Source: an uncultured Bacteroidales bacterium
GTDB taxonomy: Bacteria > Bacteroidota > Bacteroidia > Bacteroidales > VadinHA17
Direction: 5' to 3'
NCBI GenBank assembly: GCA_963734885.1
Contig: CAVTIJ010000008.1
Location: 246,952-310,951 of the forward strand
Length of the DNA: 64,000 nt
The notes under the pieces are model-generated. The model did no database searches. It was not told the DNA's origin and saw only the letters and a program-made list of their open reading frames with translations. A program made the translations under genes and the position numbers. Below, one piece after another: positions 42,525 through 51,078 of this stretch (its first letter is position 1; each line of letters opens with the position of its first letter).

Positions 42525-42902
42525 TTACTTCTGTTTCATCTTAGCATCCATGCTCAATGTAGCATGAGGAACTGCTCTCAGTCTTTCTTTAGAGATAAGT
42601 TTCCCTGTTTCACGGCATATGCCATAAGTTTTATTTTCAATTCTGATCAGAGCAGCCTGAAGATGCTGTATGAATTTCTCCTGACGTTGAGCAAGTCGCC
42701 CCGCTTCTTCTTTGGATAAAGTGGTTGCACCTTCTTCAAGTACCTTGAAAGTGGGAGAGGTATCCATAGTATCATTACTCTCTTCGTGAGTAATACTGGA
42801 TTTTAATATTTCATAATCCTTTCTGGCTTTATCCAGCTTGCTGAGAATTATTTGACGGAATTCCTCAAGCTCATCATCAGAATATCTTGTCTTTTCAGCC
42901 AT
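42525..42902 (-). CDS. TraR/DksA family transcriptional regulator
   Basis: A coiled-coil N-terminus followed by YGICRETGKLISKERLRAVPHATL, the Bacteroidota DksA-like zinc-finger-region variant. Confidence 0.7.
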   Translation of the reverse strand: MAEKTRYSDDELEEFRQIILSKLDKARKDYEILKSSITHEESNDTMDTSPTFKVLEEGATTLSKEEAGRLAQRQEKFIQHLQAALIRIENKTYGICRETGKLISKERLRAVPHATLSMDAKMKQK

Positions 42903-42991
42903 TTGTTAAATTTTTTATTCCCCGCAAAGGTATTCAAAATTTATTAAATTAAAAATCAACTAAAAAATGAAGGTTGCACATTAATGATAAA

Positions 42992-43606
42992 CGGCATGCG
43001 GTGTGCGGTGTGCGGTCCGAGGCAAAAAACTAAACGGTGCGCAGGTTTCCGGTGTGAGGTACTTAACCGTACTCGCGGCGTGCGATACGCGGTAGAAGAA
43101 CTCAAAATTTATTTAGCTTATTTAAGAATTATTTAGTCTTGCTTTGATTAGGTTTGAAAGCATTGCCGATATCTTATCACATTCATCAACAAGTACATTT
43201 TTTGTATTTTCATCTATATAACCAATTTCATTTGCAATTATTAATTGAGTCATAAGCTCAGCTGTAGAACCTTTCGAAATGTAAAAGTGTCTTATAGCTA
43301 ATTTATCAGTTCCGAGCTCATCTCCTTCTGCAATATTACTTGCAATGCTTACAGAGGAACGTTAATTTGATCCTTTAGTCCAAAATCTTTTGAAAATTCA
43401 CTGGATCTGGTTAAACGATAGATTTTTACGGCAATTCTTTGGCGATTTGCCAAACGCGAAGTTTCTGAAAATTTCCCATAATGCAGCGGTTTTAGATTAG
43501 TAAATTTAGCACAAGGGTAAAGATAAGAATTTTGATATAATAAAAAACCGCGAACCGCACGCCGCAAACCGAACCCCGCTTACCGATACCGCACACCGCA
43601 CACCGC
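42992..43606. mobile_element. putative IVS-like cassette: inverted GCGGTGTG/CACACCGC 8-mer arms around a decayed four-helix-bundle gene
   Basis: There is a perfect 19-nt terminal inverted repeat: gcggtgtgcggtgtgcggt (42998-43016) and accgcacaccgcacaccgc (43588-43606). Confidence 0.45.
43122..43479 (-). pseudogene. four-helix-bundle protein (23S rRNA intervening-sequence protein family), two frame breaks
   Basis: The three pieces MGNFQKLRVWQIAKEL / AVKIYRLTRSSEFSKDFGLKDQI / SIASNIAEGDELGTDKLAIRHFYISKGSTAELMTQLIIA lie in three frames. Confidence 0.65.
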
Positions 43607-43608
43607 TT

Positions 43609-45158
43609 TTAATTACTCCTCGCCTTCCTAAACAATATATTCCAGCTCGATTTCCAGAAATACCGAAAATCAGTAGAGACCGGATGCTTATCGTATGAAT
43701 CGAGATATTTCATTTCAGATTCCTGAATCTCAACAAGATCAGAAGGCATATCTGCATAGAACGGAGGGATCAGTCCGGGTTTGTATTTAATTCGTCTCTC
43801 CCGGACATCCTTTCTGTATAGGTCAAAATATTGTTTGCTCAACGGACGTACACCCACAATTTTCATATCGCCCTGCAAAAATTCTTCACCATAGGCAGTT
43901 CATCGAGCCAGATCCTTCTGCAGATTGATCCCCATGAGGTAATACGGAAGTCATTTTTGAACTTTCCTCCCTCGCTGAAGATCATGCATTTTATAAACGT
44001 AACCCTGCAGATATTCGGAATATGGATGCATTGTCCTCAGTTTATAAACCTTTATCATATTTCCTTCCTGCCCGACCCTTGATAATGCAATCAGAGGTCC
44101 GTATACTGTGCCGTTAATATAAATAGGATCGTTATACTTTCTTGCCTCAATACACAGCAGGTTGCCGATGAACAATTCCTGTTTTATCCTGAATCCTGCC
44201 CTGCAGATTCTCCCGAGTGTTTCAGCACGCGACATTACAGTATTCTCTCCTCTTGTAAGAAACATATAAATACCGCGGGTGAACCTGATCTTCGGGAGTA
44301 TTCTTTTTACCAAAAAGTCTAAAGAATAATAAATATAATTAAACACCGGAGGATACTTGTTTAACAGACGCTTTTTCCTCTGATCTTTTGTTTCAACCAC
44401 ACAGAAAAAAAAGCCTTTCATTTCGAGCTTGCTGTTCACTGCATCGAGAAACTTGTCGAACTTCTGTATGTCGTTTATTTTGTGAAGATTGATTATATAA
44501 TCGTATCTCTCCTTAATCAGACTTTTAATATTAAAAATTGAAGTGGTTGATAACACTGCTGTCCTGTCGGTAAAGTTATTGCAGGTCATTCTGAGTATTG
44601 CCTTTGCCATTTCGGGTCCGCATTCTTTTTCGATTGAATTGGCAATTCCGGGGTTCACATCGCTATGATCGTCGTTTATTTACTTCGTTTCCGTTGGAAC
44701 CATTGACAAGGTCATATTCGCTGGGTTTTTTATATTTTCTGTACCTGTCGTCATCATCGTTATTCTGGACAGTTGCTTTTTTATAAGCCATATAGACTGA
44801 ACCGAACAGCGAGTTCAAGAATTGTTGCCAGAATGGTCGTTCCGAGAACGATGGTTCTTGAATATCCGAATGTCCTGAAGCTATACATCGCCAGAGCAGT
44901 AAGGGATATAGCAATAATATTACTTGTTATGATTCGTGCAAAAAGGGTGGAAAATCCGGTTATCCTGCTTCGGCTCATTTTCCCGTTGATGAAAGAAACA
45001 ACTATCCACATCACTGCAAGACCAAGAAAGAAAGGAGTATGAGAAGGCAAATATGATCTCAGGCTTGCAGGTTTTGTCCAAACCATTGCAAGAAAAGAAA
45101 CAGAAAGAATTATAACATCGGCCAGGAGGGTTATGGTCCTGAATCTACGCTTCTCCAT
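43609..45158 (-). pseudogene. polyprenyl-phosphate sugar phosphotransferase (bacterial sugar transferase family), about 3 frame breaks (or sequencing errors)
   Basis: N-terminal TM region (44781-45158). C-terminal LQGDMKIVGVRPL and KPGLIPP motifs (43609-43878). A WLDELP segment lies in a third frame near 43900. Confidence 0.65.
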
Positions 45159-45285
45159 CGGTTATCCAACGATCAGGTTAGGTTAACGAGAATGCTAAGT
45201 AAATAAAAAATTCAGCAATCTCTACAAACATGACATAATTATCATGGATTTGGTTGCATAGATTTCTATTCCTTCCCTGGTTTTC

Positions 45286-47369
45286 CATTTCCCCTTTTTT
45301 TGGAGGCTTGTCTTACATCGTATTTATTAAAATTCAGGTAGTCCCTGGGAGATCCTTCATCTTCCGCAAGATAAAAATTGTCATTTACTCCATATATGTA
45401 TTTTGCGGAAGATTCAGGATGACAGGTTGTTATGGGATAATAATGGGGAAGGAAGCGGCGCCTTTTGTGCTAATATTTCTTTATTCAGAAAATTTGATTC
45501 AAAAGGCGCCGCTTCCTTTTCCTACAAGCCCCAAATTACATTGTCATCCTGAATTTCGCTGGTACGCAGCTTGCGGAGTACCAGTGAAATGAAGGATCCC
45601 CTTCTCTTTCTCAGAAATCCTGTAGATGTAAAAGGAGGGAAACTTTGTTATGCAGTTTCTCATTCATCCCCAAAGCTTAGGTTGACGGCTATGAGGAAGG
45701 GGGTGAGTTATGTAAGGCCAAAAGGAAGAGGGCCGGCCAAGCCAAATTCCCGATAACAAAGATGTGTATAAAGGGTAGTGTGGAGCAGAGAGGGGAAGGG
45801 GGCATAGCCATCAACCTACGGAGTTGAATAAAGTTTAAAGTATTGAAATTAAATCAGATACATTTCCCCTTTTTTTGGAGGCTTGTCTTACATCGTATTT
45901 ATTAAAATTCAGGTAGTCCCTGGGAGATCCTTCATCTTCCGCAAGATAAAAATTGTCATTTACTCCATATATGTATTTTGCGGAAGATTCAGGATGACAG
46001 GTTGTTATGGGATAATAATAGGGAAGGAAGCGGCGCCTTTTGTGCTAATATTTCTTTATTCAGAAGAATTGATTCAAAAGGCGCCGCTTCCTTTTCCTAC
46101 AAGCCCCAAATTACATTGTCATCCTGAATTTCGCTGGTACGCAGCTTGCGGAGTACCAGTGAAATGAAGGATCCCCTTCTCTTTCTCAGAAATCCTGTAG
46201 ATGTAAAAGGAGGGAAACTTTGTTATGCAGTTTCTCATTCATCCCCAAAGCTTAGGTTGACGGCTATGAGGAAGGGGGTGAGTTATGTAAGGCCAAAAGG
46301 AAGAGGGCCGGCCAGGCCAAATTCCCGATAACAAAGATGTGTATAAAGGGTAGTGTGGAGCAGAGAGGGGAAGGGGGCATAGCCATCAACCTACGGAGTT
46401 GAATAAAGTTTAAAGTATTGAAATTAAATCAGATACATTTCCCCTTTTTTTGGAGGCTTGTCTTACATCGTATTTATTAAAATTCAGGTAGTCCCTGGGA
46501 GATCCTTCATCTTCCGCAAGATAAAAATTGTCATTTACTCCATATATGTATTTTGCGGAAGATTCAGGATGACAGGTTGTTATGGGATAATAATGGGGAA
46601 GGAAGCGGCGCCTTTTGTGCTAATATTTCTTTATTCAGAAGAATTGATTCAAAAGGCGCCGCTTCCTTTTCCTACAAGCCCCAAATTACATTGTCATCCT
46701 GAATTTCGCTGGTACGCAGCTTGCGGAGTACCAGTGAAATGAAGGATCCCCTTCTCTTTCTCAGAAATCCTGTAGATGTAAAAGGAGGGAAACTTTGTTA
46801 TGCAGTTTCTCATTCATCCCCAAAGCTTAGGTTGACGGCTATGAGGAAGGGGGTGAGTTATGTAAGGCCAAAAGGAAGAGGGCCGGCCAAGCCAAATTCC
46901 CGATAACAAAGATGTGTATAAAGGGTAGTGTGGAGCAGAGAGGGGAAGGGGGCATAGCCATCAACCTACGGAGTTGAATAAAGTTTAAAGTATTGAAATT
47001 AAATCAGATACATTTCCCCTTTTTTTGGAGGCTTGTCTTACATCGTATTTATTAAAATTCAGGTAGTCCCTGGGAGATCCTTCATCTTCCGCAAGATAAA
47101 AATTGTCATTTACTCCATATATGTATTTTGCGAAAGATTCAGGATGACAGGTTGTTATGGGATAGTAATAGGGAAGGAAGCGGCGCCTTTTGTGCTAATA
47201 TTTCTTTATTCAGAAAATTTGATTCAAAAGGCGCCGCTTCCTTTTCCTACAAGCCCCAAATTACATTGTCATCCTGAATTTCGCTGGTACGCAGCTTGCG
47301 GAGTACCAGTGAAATGAAGGATCCCCTTCTCTTTCTCAGAAATCCTGTAGATGTAAAAGGAGGGAAACT
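45286..47369. repeat. tandem array, 575-bp unit x 3.6 copies
   Basis: Identical landmarks recur at 45308, 45883, 46458 and 47033. Homology starts at catttcccc (45286) and ends at agggaaact (47369). The copies differ by only a handful of substitutions. Confidence 0.95.
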
Positions 47370-47601
47370 ACGAAGTGAGCTGGATTAACCGACAAAAGGA
47401 GTGGAAATGTATAAGCCTAGAACCCAAACGTCACCCCCACATTCACCGTATTGTTCTTCCCGAAAAAATACTCCGGACTCCACCATGCATCACCTCTCAT
47501 ATTTGTCTTTATTCTTAAATAAAATTCAGTTATTTTCATGGCCTTTGAAAAACATTTCATATCTTGCGTTACATAATATATGTAACATAAAACATGTAAC
47601 A

Positions 47602-47825
47602 CGCCCTTCCGCCTTTCCGCCTTTCCGCCTTTCCGCCCTTACGCCTTTCCGCCCTTCCGCCTTTCCGCCTTTCCGCCCTTCCGCCTTTCCGCCTTTCCGC
47701 CCTTCCGCCTTTCCGCCCTTCCGCCTTTCCGCCCTTCCGCCTTTCCGCCCTTCCGCCTTTCCGCCCTTCCGCCTTTCCGCCCTTCCGCCTTTCCGCCCTT
47801 CCGCCTTTCCGCCTTTCCGCCTTTC
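47602..47825. repeat. 28 tandem 8-mers, CGCCYTTC
   Basis: Counted directly: 28 consecutive units with one variant (cgccctta). The array ends 64 nt upstream of the UpxY ATG (47890). Confidence 0.95.
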
Positions 47826-47889
47826 TTACCCCCTTACGCCAAAATAATTAAATAATGATTTATCTTTGTCCCCGTTTAAAAGGTTAAAA

Positions 47890-48438
47890 ATGTCTGAACC
47901 TGAAACCACATCTGAACAAGAACAAAATCTCAGCAGGAAAATTACTGAGGACAAATGGTATGCCATTTATACCCGTCCCCGGGCCGAGAAGCTTGTCTTT
48001 GCACGTCTTGAAGAGGAGAGCATTGAGACATTCCTGCCGTTGCAGAAGACCTTCAGGGTTTGGAGTGACAGGAAAAAGCTCGTGGAAAAACCGCTTCTTC
48101 CTTCGTACATATTTGTAAAGACAAACAAGAAAAATTTCCCGAAGGTATATAAGATCATAGGAGTAGTTAAGTTCGTCTCTTTTGAAGGGAAAGCCGTTTC
48201 AATACCTCAAAAACAGATAGATAATCTCAGGTTGTTAATCAACAGCAATGCTGAAATCGAAGTAAGTTCCGAGAAGTTCTCTGCGGGTGATAATGTTGAA
48301 GTTACTAATGGCGCTCTTGCGGGACTAACGGGTGAGTTAATAAGGATCGGCAGCAAAAACCGTGTTGTGGTCCGCATTGACCGGCTCGATCAGAATCTCA
48401 TACTCAAAATCCCGAAAGCCTTTCTCAAAAAAGTGTAA
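47890..48438 (+). CDS. UpxY-family transcription antiterminator (NusG paralogue)
   Basis: NGN domain KWYAIYTRPRAEK...PLLPSYIFV and KOW motif GDNVEVTNGALAGLTGELI. ATG at 47890 is preferred over TTG at 47866. Confidence 0.85.
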   Translation: MSEPETTSEQEQNLSRKITEDKWYAIYTRPRAEKLVFARLEEESIETFLPLQKTFRVWSDRKKLVEKPLLPSYIFVKTNKKNFPKVYKIIGVVKFVSFEGKAVSIPQKQIDNLRLLINSNAEIEVSSEKFSAGDNVEVTNGALAGLTGELIRIGSKNRVVVRIDRLDQNLILKIPKAFLKKV

Positions 48439-48440
48439 AG

Positions 48441-49056
48441 ACTGTCTTACGAATTTATTGTCTTGCGGTCTTGCAGTCTTGCGGTCCTGCAGTCATTTAT
48501 TTACCAGATTTCAGATACTTGGAAACGTCTTGCGGTCATGCGGTCTTGCAGTCCTTTATTTACCAGATTTCAAATATTTCATAAGTATACTTATTCTGTT
48601 TATCAGCGATTGGATTCTTTCTCTTCGATCAATTGCTGTTTCCGGAAGAACGTATTCTTGATCTTCGGCTATATAATACATACTTTTTACCTCTCCTGCA
48701 GAACCCTTTGAAATGTTGAGGAATTGTTTAAACTCTGAATCACTGTTTCTGCAGAAACCTTCAGCGATATTATTCATTGAAGATATTCCGGCTCTTGAAA
48801 TCTGATCTTTGAATGAAAAGTCACGGCATTTTCTCAGGTCTGAATAAATCAGATTAACAAGCTCTCTGGAAATCTTCCAGATCTCGAGATCTTCGAAATT
48901 TTTAATTGTTCCCATCTTAGCACGATTTAGATTATGGGAACTAAATTATTAAATTTTTTTAAATGCAAGACCGCAAGACTGCAAGACTGCAAGACCGCAT
49001 GACCGCAAGACTGCAAGACCGTAATACCCACCGCAAGACCGCAAGACCGCAAGACT
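48441..49056. mobile_element. putative IVS-like cassette: inverted GTCTTGCR/YGCAAGAC 8-mer arms around an intact four-helix-bundle gene
   Basis: The left arms (48459-48490 and 48527-48552) are the reverse complement of the right array (48966-49056). The best pairing is 21 nt (48466-48486 with 49001-49021). The cassette starts 3 nt after the UpxY stop. Confidence 0.45.
48556..48915 (-). CDS. four-helix-bundle protein (23S rRNA intervening-sequence protein family, TIGR02436-like)
   Basis: FEDLEIWKISRELVNLIY...FSFKDQISRAGISSMNNIAEGF...KGSAGEV is the family signature. Confidence 0.8.
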   Translation of the reverse strand: MGTIKNFEDLEIWKISRELVNLIYSDLRKCRDFSFKDQISRAGISSMNNIAEGFCRNSDSEFKQFLNISKGSAGEVKSMYYIAEDQEYVLPETAIDRRERIQSLINRISILMKYLKSGK

Positions 49057-49115
49057 AATATCGCTATTCGGAAAAATATATTTAATTTTGCCGGTAACTC
49101 TTAAGTTAATTACTC

Positions 49116-49526
49116 TTGAAAAGTCTAATTAGTATATCAGATATTGCGTTGGCCATTGAGGAAAAATTTCCCGAAATACCGTTTGCCCATATTTTTGGTT
49201 CATCGGTCGATGGAGTCGTAAATGATGGATCTGATATTGACATTGCGATATGGTATAATGGAACAGATCCTTTTATAAAAGTAAAAGTGTTGGAAACCAT
49301 TGAGCCCATAGTCAAAAATATAGCGACAGACATTGTAAATATTTGCAACGCAGACCCGTTGCTGGCTCATGAAGCTCTTGCCGGCATTGTTTTGTTTGTA
49401 CGCGAAGGAAAGAAATCACATTATGCTTCTTTTTATTCAAAAATTGCAGCCGAATACGAGGATAGAATATATTGGATTCAGAAACAATTAGAATACCGGG
49501 GCTATGAGGTACAATGGAATCATTGA
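49116..49526 (+). CDS. mntA: MntA-type nucleotidyltransferase antitoxin
   Basis: FGSSVDGVVNDGSDIDIAIW (the GSx10-DxD minimal NTase motif). It overlaps the downstream DUF86 gene by 23 nt. Confidence 0.75.
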   Translation: MKSLISISDIALAIEEKFPEIPFAHIFGSSVDGVVNDGSDIDIAIWYNGTDPFIKVKVLETIEPIVKNIATDIVNICNADPLLAHEALAGIVLFVREGKKSHYASFYSKIAAEYEDRIYWIQKQLEYRGYEVQWNH

Positions 49527-49908
49527 GGCAAAACTCAGGACAATTGAGGAGAAGATACTTGAAATAGAAAGTTGGCAGATTCTCTCTTATCAACAATTAC
49601 AAACAAATTCGATGTTGCGAAACGCAACTGAACGTGCTCTTCAGGTAGCGATTGAAGCAATCGTTGACATTTGTGAACATATACTTGCAATTGAAGGCAT
49701 TTCAGCGCCCGACACATCGGCAAATGTGGTAAAAAAGATTATTGATATGGGTATTATCACAAATAATCCTGAATATCTTGAAATGATTCGTTTTCGAAAT
49801 TTCATTGTACACCGGTACGAAAAAATTGATTTGGAGATAATTTACTCCATTGTGTCAAAAAAACTACCTGTTTTCCGGAAGTTTATTCACGAAATAAGAA
49901 ATAGTTAA
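49504..49908 (+). CDS. hepT: HepT-type (DUF86) RNase toxin
   Basis: RNFIVHRY (Rx4HxY HEPN motif) near the C-terminus, with the size and pairing typical of HepT. Confidence 0.75.
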   Translation: MRYNGIIEAKLRTIEEKILEIESWQILSYQQLQTNSMLRNATERALQVAIEAIVDICEHILAIEGISAPDTSANVVKKIIDMGIITNNPEYLEMIRFRNFIVHRYEKIDLEIIYSIVSKKLPVFRKFIHEIRNS

Positions 49909-49928
49909 GCCTTATCCTTTTTTCCCGT

Positions 49929-49973
49929 AAGACCGCAAGACTGCAAGACCGCAAGACCGCACGACCGCAGGAC
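49929..49973. repeat. GCAAGACY 8-mer array, same orientation as 48966-49056
   Basis: aagaccgcaagactgcaagaccgcaagaccgcacgaccgcaggac. Confidence 0.8.
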
Positions 49974-49979
49974 TGATTT

Positions 49980-50519
49980 CTACTTGAACTTATATATCAC
50001 CCCAAGCTTTAAATCAACAAATGATTCCCTGTTTATTCCATTGGCATGGACAATGAAGCCTGCACTTATATCTACAGCAAGGTTTCTTTCAAGGGCATAC
50101 CTGGCGCCTATGCCCGGATTTATGAATAACTTTGTTTCATTAAAATTGGAAAGTTTCAGCCGGAGACCGCCATCAGCGTAGAGGTAAGGAGAAAGTTGAC
50201 CTGTAAAAAATGCATATCGGAAATCAAGGAAAAGCGGCACCAGTATCCCCGCATCGTAATTAGAAATGCCTAAACCCAGTCCTACAAAGAAATCATTGTT
50301 TACCTGGTAACCGTTAACAGAGGCGAATCCATAAAAATATTTTGAGTATGGCTGTGTTTTACCAGCCAGGCCAAGACCGCCTGTCAATTCGTTGATTGTA
50401 ACAAATCCCGGAGTCGTACGAAGAGTAGAGAAAGGTTTATTTGGTACAACCCTTTGCTGTGCTGATACCACCGGTATAACACTTAGAAGCATTGCGACAA
50501 TAAAAAACACTCGTTTCAT
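49980..50519 (-). CDS. small outer-membrane beta-barrel (porin-family) protein
   Basis: Signal peptide, alternating hydrophobic strands and a C-terminal ...LKLGVIYKFK. Confidence 0.6.
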   Translation of the reverse strand: MKRVFFIVAMLLSVIPVVSAQQRVVPNKPFSTLRTTPGFVTINELTGGLGLAGKTQPYSKYFYGFASVNGYQVNNDFFVGLGLGISNYDAGILVPLFLDFRYAFFTGQLSPYLYADGGLRLKLSNFNETKLFINPGIGARYALERNLAVDISAGFIVHANGINRESFVDLKLGVIYKFK

Positions 50520-50692
50520 CGATCCGGGAGGTTAATTTTACATGACTAAGATAAATAAAAAAGCTTATCCCCCGGCTTTTATTCTGCTAAATCTCTTTCA
50601 ATTAGAATGGAAATCTCTTCAAAAGTCATATCTTCCCATTAGAGTAAGATGATAACCAGGAAACGATAAACGATAAACGCGAAAATTTTAGT

Positions 50693-50870
50693 GTTCCGAG
50701 CTCTTAAGATTACTTTTGAAAGATGGATGGATGGTAGTTTCAACTAAGGGGTCCCATGTTAGTTGAAACATCCTGAAAAACCAGGGATAATAATTTTCCC
50801 TGATCATGGAGCACATGAGATGGGCAAAAGAATGGAAAAGAAGATCAGGAAAGATGCCGGACTTAAATAG
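50693..50870 (+). pseudogene. hicA-like toxin remnant (no start codon, one frame break)
   Basis: SELLRLLLKDGWMVVSTKGSHVS, then +1 KHPEKPGIIIFPDHGAHEMGKRMEKKIRKDAGLK. Joined, the two pieces match the HicA pattern. Confidence 0.55.
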
Positions 50871-50881
50871 AGTTAAGAATT

Positions 50882-50986
50882 ATGTCAAAAAAGAAAATAT
50901 TGGTTACAATTGAAAAGACAAAAACAGGTTTTTCTGCCTATTCAAACGATTATCCGGTTTACAATACATTCGGTCACAAAATGTGA
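50882..50986 (+). pseudogene. truncated hicB-like antitoxin
   Basis: MSKKKILVTIEKTKTGFSAYSNDYPVYNTFGHKM resembles only the first ~30 residues of HicB (..iEk...GfsAy.pd.p....G.t). Confidence 0.45.
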
Positions 50987-51078
50987 CCACGCACCACGCC
51001 CTCCGCACCATTTAAACCAACCACATCAGTTTCCCCAACCTGAAAGGATAATGCAATATAGCCATCATACCATTGCAC

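Noticed and set aside
45254-47317. Recurring 94-112-aa and 61-aa plus-strand ORFs inside the tandem units (e.g. 45883-46167, 46146-46331)
   Set aside because: They read straight through long palindromes, so the peptide is partly a translation artefact of the hairpins. Their composition is odd and they have no recognisable motif. Differences between copies are non-synonymous as often as not. They are treated as non-coding.
45286-47369. Possible CRISPR array
   Set aside because: The period is 575 bp with no unique spacers between the repeats, the units are contiguous copies of one another, and no cas genes are present in the window.
47417-47602. Minus-strand 61-aa ORF ending ...NTVNVGVTFGF, which could be the C-terminal strand of an outer-membrane barrel remnant
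   Set aside because: Only the last ~10 residues look barrel-like and nothing upstream supports it. The evidence is too weak for a feature call.
47401-47847. 148-aa ORF with PFRPSAF repeats
   Set aside because: The repetitive part is simply the translation of the CGCCYTTC octamer array. The 24-nt (lcm of 8 and 3) periodicity generates the apparent peptide repeat.
45159-47889. Invertible promoter (fin/Mpi-type switch) upstream of upxY
   Set aside because: Many inverted repeats are present, but they are internal to the tandem units. No site-specific recombinase gene is in the window, and no single IR pair brackets a promoter-sized segment.
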